Shown: in pieces, positions 39,898 through 49,539 of the stretch | Layout: the number at the start of each line of letters is the position of its first letter | Position numbering within the stretch: position 1 is the stretch's first letter | From: an uncultured delta proteobacterium | GTDB lineage: Bacteria > Desulfobacterota > BSN033 > UBA1163 | DNA: 64,000 bases | Reading direction: 5' to 3' | Assembly (NCBI GenBank): GCA_963708295.1 | Contig: CAVPSJ010000007.1 | Coordinates: forward strand, 128,001-192,000 | Position numbers and translations under genes: made by a program | Notes under the pieces: generated by a model | Seen by the model: the letters and a program-made list of their open reading frames with translations, nothing else | What the model was told of the DNA's origin: nothing | Database searches by the model: none

Positions 39898-40759
39898 TAG
39901 AAGAAACATTTTGGGCCTTAAAATCGACGTCGACACCTATGTGGGCATGAAGCAAGGTGTCCCGCGCCTTCTCTCCATTCTCTCCCGCTTTGACATTCAA
40001 GCCACTTTTTATCTCAGCATGGGACCGGATGCCTCGGGGAGGGCCATCCTTCAATTGATAAAAAACCCACGTTTTCTCAAGAAGATGTTGAGGACGAATG
40101 CGGGGCGCCTCTATGGATGGAAGACCGCCTTGTACGGCACGTTGCTCCCCTCACCCATGATTGCGCTTTCATTCCCGGAACTCGTCGAGCAAATTATTTC
40201 AGCGGGGCACGAGGTGGAATTTCACGCATGGGACCACAGGCGATGGCAAGATGAACTTTATAAACGATCCAACGAATGGATCGAGGATTGGTTTGAGAAG
40301 GGCATCCAGGCCTATCGGAGACTGGTTAAGAAGGAACCGTCCTCTTTCGGGGCCCCTTCCTGGTTGATTGACGACAGGGTGTTGGAAATTGCACAAAAAT
40401 ATCCCTTTCAATACCTGAGTTGTACCCGGGCGAAAGAACCTTTTATTCATGAAATATCAGGGCTGATGGAGATCCCTTCGAATCTCCCCTGTTTCGAAGA
40501 GATTGGCGTCACTCGAGGTGTCTCAAAGATTCTTCAAATTCTGAAAGATGGGGGAATGTACATCCTCCCGGTCCATGCCGAGGCAGAAGGCGGGATATGG
40601 GATAAGTATTTCATCGAGTTATGCGAGGGGGTGCGAGGTACCGATTTCGAAATCCTTCCCCTTTCCAAAATCCACGCCCTTCTAAAATCCGAACCCTTAC
40701 CTGTCCGAAAGTACCGCATGGAGCTATTACCCGGGCGATCGACTCCGTGTGCGGTCTAG
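39872..40759 (+). CDS. arnD: 4-deoxy-4-formamido-L-arabinose-phosphoundecaprenol deformylase
   Basis: LKIDVDT...GVPRL, MGPDASGR, LYGTLLP, HAWDH and HAEAEG. Confidence 0.88.
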   Translation: MKNLSGPINRRNILGLKIDVDTYVGMKQGVPRLLSILSRFDIQATFYLSMGPDASGRAILQLIKNPRFLKKMLRTNAGRLYGWKTALYGTLLPSPMIALSFPELVEQIISAGHEVEFHAWDHRRWQDELYKRSNEWIEDWFEKGIQAYRRLVKKEPSSFGAPSWLIDDRVLEIAQKYPFQYLSCTRAKEPFIHEISGLMEIPSNLPCFEEIGVTRGVSKILQILKDGGMYILPVHAEAEGGIWDKYFIELCEGVRGTDFEILPLSKIHALLKSEPLPVRKYRMELLPGRSTPCAV

Positions 40760-40813
40760 GCCGGCATCAATCAACCTCACAGTCGAATGACAGCATTTCG
40801 AAAAAGACAAATC

Positions 40814-41746
40814 TCAACCAATCTCATAATAAATTGAATCACCGAAAACCCGGGCGTGTATTTTTCCTTCAGTAACCAACGGCTGGATATACTTTTCTAT
40901 CTCATTTTCTTGAATTCCCATTCCTTTGGAGAGGTCAGCAATAGAAAGAGGTCTTCTTCTCAGAATTCTTAATATTTCTTCTTTGATATCTCTCTCCGTG
41001 ACTTCCGGTGGGTGACGGTCAAACTCTGAGATGATCGAAGCCTTCTCCCCGAAGAAGGTTCTCATCTCTTCCATTTCCTTTTGATTCAGAGGGACGGCCC
41101 ATTTTTCAAAAGGAGGTCGAACGACCGTATTGAGATGGATGAGATCGGGTTGGATCTGATCGATTGCCTTCTTCATTAAGAGGAGTTCGCTCCGCCTGTC
41201 ATTGACTCCTTTGCAGAAAAGAATCTCCAACCAGATTTGCCTTTTGTAGACCCTTCTAAACTCGACCAATCCGCCAATCACTTTATCGATCGAAATCCCC
41301 GAACGAGGGCGGTTGATCTTCTCAAAGACTTCTGCCGAGACTGCGTCCAAAGACGGAAGAACGACATCGGCTTGAAGGAGGCTCTCCCTCACGTTTTCCT
41401 CATAGAGTAAAGAACCGTTTGTGATCACTGCAACGGGAATGGAAGTGATCGCTTTAATCCCTCGGATGATCGAATCAATCTTTGAATGGAGCGTGGGTTC
41501 CCCGGATCCGGTAAGGGAGAGATGATCGACGGAAGAAGTTTCTTCTTTAAGGAATCTCTTTACTTCTTCCAGAATTTCGTTAACGGGGATATATTCTTTT
41601 CTGATGAGCGTTTTTTCAGAGGTCTTCCCGATCTGGCAATAGATACAGTCGTAGGTGCAGATTTTGTGAGGAACGAGGTCGACTCCGAGTGATCTTCCAA
41701 GCCTCCTGGAAGGCACAGGACCATACAGATGACGATAATTCTTCAT
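40814..41746 (-). CDS. Radical SAM protein (uncharacterised YGPVPSRRLG family)
   Basis: YGPVPSRRLGRSLG, CTYDCIYC, GSGEPTL and ITNGSLL. Confidence 0.88.
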   Translation of the reverse strand: MKNYRHLYGPVPSRRLGRSLGVDLVPHKICTYDCIYCQIGKTSEKTLIRKEYIPVNEILEEVKRFLKEETSSVDHLSLTGSGEPTLHSKIDSIIRGIKAITSIPVAVITNGSLLYEENVRESLLQADVVLPSLDAVSAEVFEKINRPRSGISIDKVIGGLVEFRRVYKRQIWLEILFCKGVNDRRSELLLMKKAIDQIQPDLIHLNTVVRPPFEKWAVPLNQKEMEEMRTFFGEKASIISEFDRHPPEVTERDIKEEILRILRRRPLSIADLSKGMGIQENEIEKYIQPLVTEGKIHARVFGDSIYYEIG

Positions 41747-41885
41747 TATCGGTTCGAGACCCTGCTTGACGGGGTTAGTGAGTCAGATTCGATTTAGTTA
41801 GATGCCAATAGCCAAATTCCAGAATCCCTAATAAATTTCGCATGACAGGTTCGTCACCCACGAACGATGAAAATTACCCAGGATT

Positions 41886-41976
41886 ATCCTCCCCCTTGAC
41901 GGGGGAGGATCGAGGTGGGGGTGCACATATTATATGTCCCCCTCACCCCCACCCTCTCCCACCAGGGGAGAGGGGG
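41886..41976. repeat. REP/BoxC-like palindromic elements
   Basis: CCTCCCCCTTGACGGGGGAGG and CCCCTCACCCCCACCCTCTCCCACCAGGGGAGAGGGG. Related motifs near 30380, 49104 and 60060. Confidence 0.6.
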
Positions 41977-42107
41977 ATAAGCGAGTTATTTCCAGCGTAA
42001 TACAAATTACCCGATGTCCAAATAGCAAACCTGCCTCTTGTCTTTTGTTTGAGTTTCGGTCATTGGGATTTGGTGATTATTTGACTATTGGTGCTTGGAA
42101 TTCAGAC

Positions 42108-42458
42108 CTACGCCCCGAATTTTTTTAATTTGAGCCCGTTGGCCAGCATCAAGGGAAGAAGATGAACCGCCGGAAACCTGCCCAGCTGGCCTTTTTGGCA
42201 GTACCTCTCCGTGAAGCGCCGGATACCGTCAGGCCGGAGGTACTTCGAATGGAGAAGTATCGGATTGGGATGCCAGCTATGGCCCTTTAGAAGGCTCGGG
42301 GTAGAGTGATCTCCCGTAACCACCAAGACATCCGGTTTCAACTTAAGGATGGATGGAATGACCCGGTCAATCTCTTCCAGGGCCTTCACCTTCATCTTAA
42401 AATTGCCGTCCTCCCCCGCTGAATCGGTTTTCTTAAAATGATCATCAGGGAGTATCAT
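42108..42458 (-). pseudogene. apgM: Truncated 2,3-BPG-independent phosphoglycerate mutase (ApgM type), C-terminal ~110 aa only
   Basis: [28 protein letters not shown] and LKKFGA are the C-terminal metal-binding part; the N-terminal majority is missing. Confidence 0.7.
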
Positions 42459-43037
42459 GCTTGCCGATCCTCCTGGCCTTTCTTGCCGTAGTGGTCAGAA
42501 TAGACAAACTCTGAAATGTCTTTCCTCTTCGGAGCGCTTCCCTCGGTGGCTGGATGTCCGAGAGGGGTCATCGCCACGACCTCGACGGTCTGGGGAACCC
42601 CGAGGACCTCCGCAACCTTTCTATGGTCGAACGTTGCCAACAACCACCGTGCCCAAGCCCAGACGCATGCGCAGCTAAACAAAGATTCTGCATCGCAAGA
42701 CCCGTATCAAACATGAGCCAATCCCCCTTCTCTGTCTGTTTGGCTCTCCTTTATAATAACCGGATATCCCTTTCTTCCCGCATAGGACAAGGACGAGGGG
42801 TGCATCGGTCATTGCGGAAGAAGCTGGATTCCCCTTTGAAAGAGCAGGTTGCCAACTCAGACTTGACCTTTGGGATCTTTTACAGACAATCACTTCCCAG
42901 CATTGGGTATTGGCCCAGGAAGGAGACCATCTCACGGCCTCCATCAAGGTGCGGAGTGCTTCTTCAGGAACAGGATCGGGTTTGTATTTACGAATGCTCC
43001 GTCTTCCCTTGATCGCTTCCATCAGATCCATATTCAT
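42455..43037 (-). CDS. Nitroreductase family protein (frameshifted)
   Basis: [23 protein letters not shown] and APLVLVLC; C-terminal [10 protein letters not shown]...PKRK in another frame. Confidence 0.82.
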
Positions 43038-43055
43038 TTTCTCCTTCTCCTCAAT

Positions 43056-43214
43056 TTAGTCCGCCTCAAACACATCTTTCCCTGCGCCACAAACGGGGCA
43101 GACCCAGTCTTCCGGAATTTCCTCAAAGGCTGTTCCGGGCTTAACCCCGTTATCAGGATCTCCTTTTGATGGATCATAAACATAGCCGCAAATTGAGCAT
43201 TTCCACTTTTTCAT
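43056..43214 (-). CDS. Rubredoxin
   Basis: [15 protein letters not shown]...WVCPVCGA, 52 aa, with its own RBS GAGGAGGGG; in frame with the upstream MoaD-like ORF. Confidence 0.92.
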   Translation of the reverse strand: MKKWKCSICGYVYDPSKGDPDNGVKPGTAFEEIPEDWVCPVCGAGKDVFEAD

Positions 43215-43529
43215 TTTCCCCTCCTCGATCATCTCATCGCTCTGTCCTTGACTAAGAATAGATCCCTTCCAATCAGCGAAAACCGGATATTCTGCCGGAA
43301 AGAGGGAAACCCTGTCTCCCTCTCTGAGCGACTGATCCAAAAAGGCCCCCGTGTGATTAACAAAGATCAGCTTGACTCTTTCCTTTGGTATCCCCAGCAC
43401 CTGGATAGCTTCCTGGACCGTGGCTCCAGCCTTGATGGTAATTTCCATGAGTTCTCGTTGTTGTGGAGAACCATGAGGGAGAAGACTCCCCATCAACTTC
43501 ACATAAACCGTTACCAATTCCCCGCACAC
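43215..43529 (-). CDS. MoaD/ThiS-like beta-grasp protein lacking C-terminal GG (reads in frame into rubredoxin)
   Basis: VTVYVKL...[14 protein letters not shown]...IFVN...[21 protein letters not shown]. Confidence 0.7.
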
Positions 43530-43826
43530 TCAAGTTTTTTCCTGATGATTTAAATCTCTCCGGAAGGAGATGGCGACATACATATTAAACGCCATCTCCG
43601 GTGGAAAAAGGGCAACCCGGTCGCCGTTGGATAAAATGCTCTCAGAATCAGCACCCCTCCCGTTGAGCAAAATCATCCTCACCTTTTCAGGAGGAATTCC
43701 CAGTTCCCGTATGACTTCACGAACGGTTGCTTTTTCCGATGTCTCCAGTGGAAAGAGGCCGTCCTTGGAATCGCTCCTTCCATACGGTCTGAGGGAGGCA
43801 TGTAATTTGACAGTAATCTGCATCAA
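43530..43826 (-). CDS. MoaD/ThiS-like beta-grasp protein lacking C-terminal GG
   Basis: ITVKLHASLR...ATVREVIRELGIP...ILLNG...LSNGDRVALFPP followed by an EMAFNMY... extension. Confidence 0.75.
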   Translation of the reverse strand: MMQITVKLHASLRPYGRSDSKDGLFPLETSEKATVREVIRELGIPPEKVRMILLNGRGADSESILSNGDRVALFPPEMAFNMYVAISFRRDLNHQEKT

Positions 43827-43850
43827 TTCCTTTTCTTAAAGGACGAAACA

Positions 43851-43876
43851 GGGGCGGGACTCAACTCTCCCGCCCC
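43851..43876 (-). terminator. GC-rich hairpin downstream of aor
   Basis: GGGGCGGGA-N8-TCCCGCCCC with a short T-run after it on the minus strand. Confidence 0.4.
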
Positions 43877-43893
43877 CGCGCGACTGCGAAGCG

Positions 43894-45625
43894 TTAAAAC
43901 TTAAAGACCTTGTCCAGATCAACATCGGGAACCAAAAAGGTTAGATTATGGGGAGGGAGTTTCTCCTCTTTAAAAAACTCCGGCAGCCGGTCGTCCACAT
44001 TGGAAAACCCTGCTCGCTCATTAAAATCTCTCTCCACCTTAAGGATCTTCTTTCCGAGGGCAGCCACATCATCAGCCGTCAGATTCCATCCGTACCGACC
44101 ATTGAGCATTCCAATGACTCCCTCAAAGCATTCGGGGATATCCAGGGCTGGAAATGCAATAAACAGGCAGAGGCCTGCTGAATCAACGGCGGCTGTTGTG
44201 ATCTGGAGATTCTGGGACAATGCCACCTGGCCATCCGGTTTCAACGGATCGACATATCCCCCGACTTTCATAATATTTGTCGCTGTAGCATATCCAGCCG
44301 TATGGTCGGCGCCCATGGTCGAGGTTGCATAGGTCACGCCGATCCCCTGAATGGCCCGGGGCTCATAGGCCGGCATCCCCTGGTTTTTCACCACTGGAAC
44401 CCGGGTCACACCAAAAGCCTTTCCTGTAAAACCAGCGCCGTTCCCAATAATTCTTCCCAGAGGCGTCCCCTTTCCTGCTTCGTGGATCAACTCGATCGCC
44501 CCTTCGGCATCTCCAAACTCCTTGACCCCCGCTTCCATGGCTACCCCTATCGTGCATCCCATCTCAATCGTATCAAATCCATAATCGTCGCAGAGGCGGT
44601 CGATGCGGGCAATTGCATCCAGGTCGTCGATCCCGCAGTTGGCCCCATTGGCCCAGATGGTCTCATATTCAAGGCCTGAGGTGATGTATTTGCCTTTTTC
44701 ATCCACGTACTCGTTCGAACACTGAATGATACAGGTGGTACATCCGGAATGGGTCGTCTTTCCTCCTCTCTTCGAAATAACTGTCATGCATCGTTTCTCC
44801 GCTGATCTTGTCCGTCCCCTCAAATCGTCCCGAGGAGAAATTCCGGGTCGGATATCCCCCAGCCTCATTGATGATCGCTGCCAGAACATTGGTGCCGTAC
44901 TTCGGGAGTCCCTCGCTGGTCACGGGATGTTCCCGCAATGCCTTCACAAACTTTTGGGAAGCCTCCTTAAAAAGGTCCGGGTTTTTTATGGCGACCTTTT
45001 CAGCCCCTGTGTCATCCACGACAATCGCCTTCAAGCCTTTTGATCCCATCACCGCACCCATGCCTCCCCTTCCTGCATGACGGGAAGGGTATCCGTTGGT
45101 GCTGGTGACAGCGATACTGGCCATTGCCATCTTCATCTCCCCGGCAGGCCCGATGGAGATAATGCCCGCTTTCTTGTCATATTTGGCCTGGAGTTTCTCT
45201 ACCAATTCGTAGTTACCCAGTCCTTTCAAGTCATCCGCTGGAAAGAGCTTTGCCCCGTCCTTGCTGACGGCTAAGCCGTAAAGTTTTCCCTTCTCCGGTT
45301 TCCCTTCGATAATGATAGCGGCAATGCCCAGTCGCGCCAATTTGGTTGCCGCTGTGCCCCCCACATTGCTCTCCTTGATCCCTCCTGTCAAAGGACTCTT
45401 GGCGCCGATGGAAAGCCTTCCCGAATTCGCAGCGGTCGTTCCCGTCAAAAGCCCGGGGGTGATGACCAGTTTGTTATGTTGGCCGATCGGATGGCATAGA
45501 GGCGGGACTTCTTTGCTCACCACCATGGATGTCAGCCCACGACCTCCCAGGCCGCTATAATCCCCGCTGACTTTCTCTTCGGAAACCTTGAGATTGCTCA
45601 TGTTTACTCTGAAGATTCTGTCCAT
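43894..45625 (-). CDS. aor: Aldehyde:ferredoxin oxidoreductase (W/Mo-pterin), 1 frameshift near 44782
   Basis: LGGRGL, KSPLTGGIKESN, IGPAGE, AGRGGMGAVMGSKGLKAI, CTTCIIQC, EYET, CDDYGFDTIE and GADHT. Confidence 0.9.
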
Positions 45626-46003
45626 ATCACTCCTCCTTTCTTTTCGATTCCGCACCGGATCATAGGATCCGAGTGAAAAAAGGGTTTTAAGAAAGACTGA
45701 AAGCCAGGATTTTCCTTAATTATTATAAATACTATCAAGAATCGAAATGCAACGCAATAGAAAGTAAGGACCCCACCAGAAGAAAGAAGGGGGTGAGGAA
45801 TTATGTGCTCTTTAGCTTCAGTGCAGAAACTCTCTTCCCCATCACTCACCGCGTAAGAGTGAGTTTTGCAGCAGACTGTTCTCCCGTTACGGTCCATAAT
45901 AATTCAAAGGATTCTTCTATCAAAGGAAAATTAATCTCCCATCTTGACATGCTTTGTAGAATTGTTGAAAAATGAGTGTAATGCAACGTCTAGGGAAAAT
46001 CGA

Positions 46004-47176
46004 ATGAAAGATCTTCTCCACCTCTTTCGCTGGCAAGACGCGCTAGATATCCTCATCCTGACCTATATTTTCTACCGCCTTTACCTCTGGTTGAGAAAGA
46101 AAAAAGCCCTGCGGATGATCCTTGCTATTCTGGCTCTGCCCCTTTTCTATATTGTTGCCAGGTGGGTTGACCTCCCTCTTTCGGTCTGGGGACTCCAGAA
46201 TCTTTGGCCGGTAATCCTCATCGTTCTCGTCGTCATTTTTCAGGAAGAGATCCGCGAAGTCCTCGGAAACGTCAGCCTTCCCAGTTTTTTCTTTGGCAGA
46301 TCCGAGAAACTCACTTCAGAAGCCATCGATAACATCGTTGAGACCGCCTTTCAGATGGCGGACAGAAAGATCGGGGGATTGATCGTTTTGCAAAAAGGAG
46401 ACGACCTTGACGAACTCATCCATGAAAAAACGGACCTGGATGCAGAGATCAACGAAGACCTGGTGATCAGCATTTTCAGCCCCCAATCTCCTTTGCATGA
46501 CGGTGCGGTGATCATTCAAGGGGATCGAATTCGGCATGCGGCTGCCCTTCTCCCTTTGTGCAAATTGACCTCCCTCCCCAAAGAATGGGGAACCCGACAT
46601 CGGGCGGGTGTTGGCATCACCGAAATCTCAGATGCGGAATGTCTGATCATTTCCGAGGAGAGAGGGGAGGTGCTACTGGCATCTAAAGGAGCGTTACAAA
46701 AAAGAGAAACGAGAGAAGATCTAAGACGGGGCCTGGCTCACGATGCTCCTGTTCAAGAGAAAAAAAATAGGGAAAAGGTTTGGGCCAAGAAGTTCTTTGG
46801 AGATCTTCCGAGAAAAGCTCTTTTTCTCTTCCTGGTATGCCTTCTCTGGGTGTTTGTCATCGGCGTCCGTCAAGGAGAGGTCGGTTTTAACATTCCGATC
46901 GAGTATTACTCTATCCCTCAAAACCTGGTCATTACGGGTGAACCGCCGAAAGAAGTAAATGTCCGGCTCAAGGCTTCACAAAGACTTCTCTTTTCTCTAA
47001 AACGGGACCAAATCAGGGTCCGGGTCGACCTGTCCGGTGCGCACAAGGGCAGCAACCAGATTTCTCTGTCTGAAACAAATATCGATGTCGGCCCTGGAAT
47101 TTCAGTTGGCAATTTCTACCCCCGAAACATCAGACTGCAACTCTCTCCGGTCTTCCCTATGGATAGAATTCAATAA
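46004..47176 (+). CDS. cdaA: Diadenylate cyclase CdaA fused to a C-terminal TM + YbbR-like domain
   Basis: Three N-terminal TMs, VIFQEEIR, SPLHDGA, GTRHRA and ISEE. Then a TM and a YbbR-like region (PIEY...PKEVNVRL...VRVDLS). Confidence 0.88.
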   Translation: MKDLLHLFRWQDALDILILTYIFYRLYLWLRKKKALRMILAILALPLFYIVARWVDLPLSVWGLQNLWPVILIVLVVIFQEEIREVLGNVSLPSFFFGRSEKLTSEAIDNIVETAFQMADRKIGGLIVLQKGDDLDELIHEKTDLDAEINEDLVISIFSPQSPLHDGAVIIQGDRIRHAAALLPLCKLTSLPKEWGTRHRAGVGITEISDAECLIISEERGEVLLASKGALQKRETREDLRRGLAHDAPVQEKKNREKVWAKKFFGDLPRKALFLFLVCLLWVFVIGVRQGEVGFNIPIEYYSIPQNLVITGEPPKEVNVRLKASQRLLFSLKRDQIRVRVDLSGAHKGSNQISLSETNIDVGPGISVGNFYPRNIRLQLSPVFPMDRIQ

Positions 47177-47215
47177 TCTTGACCGTCGCACAAGGAAAAT
47201 GGCTCGAAACACATC

Positions 47216-48247
47216 ATGGACATCCTTTCTCCCTTTTTGATAACATCCCCACGAATGAAGAGGCACCATTCCATTACAGATGTTCCAGGAATTAGAGTAG
47301 GCCACGCAAGTGACTTCAAGGCATTGACCGGTTGCACCGTGATTCTCTGCGAAGAAGGGGCGATCGGAGCGGTTGACCTCCGGGGATCAGCAGCCGGCAC
47401 GAGACAGATCGATCCTCTCACCCACCTCCATCTGGTGGATAAAATTCAAGCCCTTCTCCTGGCGGGCGGAAGTGCCTTCGGGTTGGATGCCGCGGGGGGA
47501 GTGATGGCCTACCTGGAGGAAAGGAAAAAAGGATTCGATGTGGTCAAGACCAAAATCCCTCATGTCCCCAGCGCGGTGATTTTCGACCTCGGCATTGGCG
47601 ATTTTCGTGTGAGGCCGGACCGTGAGATGGGATATCAGGCTTGTCTCCAGGCGTCCCCAAGAGTGGCGGAAGGAAGTGTTGGGGCTGGAACCGGAGCCAC
47701 CGTGGGAAAACTCTTTGGGATGGATCGGGCGATGAAGGGCGGGGTAGGCACATCAAGTATTCGAGGACCGAAGGGAATCATCGTAGGGGCCCTCGTCGTT
47801 GTGAATGCCTTTGGCGATGTGCTTGATCCTCTGTCCAATCAAATTCTGGCAGGCGCGAGGATATCTAAAAAAAGTTCCCGGTTGGCCAATTCATCGAAGT
47901 GGATGAAACGAGGGGTGGCATGGAAAAAATTTGGAGCGATCACTCCCTCAAATTCCCATAGCTTAAATACCACCCTGGGAGTAGTTGCAACGAACGCCCA
48001 TTTTACAAAAAAAGAGCTGCAGCAGCTTGCCCAGATCGCTCACTCCGGTTTGACAAAAGTCATCTCACCCCTTCATACGACTTTCGACGGCGATCTCGTC
48101 TTCACGATTTCCTATGGAGACAAGAAAGCCGATGTGAATACCGTCGGACTTCTCGGAGAAGCGGTATTAATGGAGTCCGTCAAAAGGGCGATCACAAAAG
48201 CAAAGGGGTTTGGAATCCTCCCGGCATATCAAGACATTGTGGCATGA
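47216..48247 (+). CDS. Peptidase family S58 (DmpA/P1-like)
   Basis: ITDVPGIRVGH, TGCTV, GGSAFGL, GSVGAGTGA, VVVNAFGD, NTTLGVVATN and FDGD. Confidence 0.88.
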   Translation: MDILSPFLITSPRMKRHHSITDVPGIRVGHASDFKALTGCTVILCEEGAIGAVDLRGSAAGTRQIDPLTHLHLVDKIQALLLAGGSAFGLDAAGGVMAYLEERKKGFDVVKTKIPHVPSAVIFDLGIGDFRVRPDREMGYQACLQASPRVAEGSVGAGTGATVGKLFGMDRAMKGGVGTSSIRGPKGIIVGALVVVNAFGDVLDPLSNQILAGARISKKSSRLANSSKWMKRGVAWKKFGAITPSNSHSLNTTLGVVATNAHFTKKELQQLAQIAHSGLTKVISPLHTTFDGDLVFTISYGDKKADVNTVGLLGEAVLMESVKRAITKAKGFGILPAYQDIVA

Positions 48248-48346
48248 AGATGATTCAAGTGATGAGTTCCGAGGTCAGAGTTCGGAGGCCGGGATCAGAT
48301 ACTTCTCACTCCGAACAAATTACCCCGAACTTACGAGGAACGAGAA

Positions 48347-49102
48347 ATGGATGACAAACTGGTCCAGAGGGCAGCAAAGGACATTCTCAATTCGAAGAAG
48401 ACCATCGCTTTTACGGGGGCAGGAATTTCGGTCGAGAGCGGGATTCCTGATTTTAGGGGAGCCGAAGGCCTGTGGCAAAAATATGATCCCGAGGATTATG
48501 CTCATATCCAGGCCTTCACTTCGGACCCCGATCGGGTCTGGTTGATGCTGAAAGAGATGTTCGCCCTCATCATGGGAGCCAAACCCAACCCTGCCCATGA
48601 AGGACTGGCTGAACTGGAGCGAATGGGTTACCTCTCTTCGGTGATTACTCAGAATGTGGACGGCCTTCACCAGGCGGCAGGAAGCCGGAATGTCATCGAA
48701 TTCCATGGAACTCACAGGACGCTCTCCTGTTTGAAGTGTTCCTCCACGGTCGATGGGGCTTCACTCAAAATAGCGGATCTCCCTCCGCGATGTCCCCGAT
48801 GTTCATCGCTTTTGAAACCCGACGTCGTCTTTTTTGGAGAACCCATTCCGTGGGAGGCTCAGGCATTATCATTTAAAGAATCCACATCATGCGAACTGGT
48901 CCTTTCCATCGGCACTTCGGCGGTGGTCTATCCGGCGGCCTCTATCCCTATGACCGCTAAACAAAAGGGGGCCATCGTCGTGGAAATCAACAGGGAACCC
49001 ACCCCTTTGACAGATGAGATATCCGATTATCTGATTTGCGGATCTGCCGGAGAAATCATTCCCGCCATTGTTGAAACGGTAAAACGATCAGCCCCCCATT
49101 AA
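48347..49102 (+). CDS. cobB: NAD-dependent protein deacylase (sirtuin)
   Basis: TGAGISVESGIPDFRG, TQNVDGLH, HG, two CxxC, KPDVVFFGE and GTSAVVYPAA. Confidence 0.92.
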   Translation: MDDKLVQRAAKDILNSKKTIAFTGAGISVESGIPDFRGAEGLWQKYDPEDYAHIQAFTSDPDRVWLMLKEMFALIMGAKPNPAHEGLAELERMGYLSSVITQNVDGLHQAAGSRNVIEFHGTHRTLSCLKCSSTVDGASLKIADLPPRCPRCSSLLKPDVVFFGEPIPWEAQALSFKESTSCELVLSIGTSAVVYPAASIPMTAKQKGAIVVEINREPTPLTDEISDYLICGSAGEIIPAIVETVKRSAPH

Positions 49103-49117
49103 TCCCTCTCCTCCTGG

Positions 49118-49417
49118 GAGACCGTGTCGTAATATGAAAATACGGCTTTTTGGAAAAGGGGCGAGAAGGCCGGGGAAGTTGAGCGGCTTGCCGGGAAGCG
49201 TCCTGTCAAAGGATAAACAAGACGCTTTCCAAAGATTTAGACCTGCCTGCCCGAAGGCAGAGCGGCAACCTTTAACCGTTTCAATTCAAGGTCGCCAACC
49301 CTATGAATACATTCGGTTTTAAGCCAACGATGGTTTCCCACGCTTAAGAGATCCGCGTTCTAAAACTTTGCAACCCGACTGCCTCTTTCCTCAGACGTTT
49401 CATTGAGACACAGTCTC
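49118..49417. mobile_element. 300-bp non-autonomous MITE-like element
   Basis: Terminal inverted repeats GAGACCGTGTCGTAAT (49118-49133) and GAGACTGTGTCTCAAT (reverse complement of 49402-49417), 13/16 identical. 4-bp direct repeat CTGG on both sides; no transposase inside. Confidence 0.7.
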
Positions 49418-49539
49418 CTGGGAGAGAGGGCATGTATTGCAATCCGGGGTTTAAGGTGATATGATGCGTTTATGTCAGATAGCCTTTCTCGCCGACCCTG
49501 TCTTACGGCTCTGGACGGCAAAGTCGGCCGGGACAGGTT

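Noticed and set aside
43056-43529. Genuine MoaD-rubredoxin fusion protein
   Set aside because: Not accepted as established: rubredoxin has its own RBS, the region is indel-prone, and a single-base correction separates the genes.
43894-45625. aor as the class II benzoyl-CoA reductase subunit BamB
   Set aside because: About 575 aa with generic AOR motifs and no bamC-I-like neighbours.
49134-49322. 62-aa ORF inside the MITE as a transposase remnant
   Set aside because: No DDE or HTH features recognisable.
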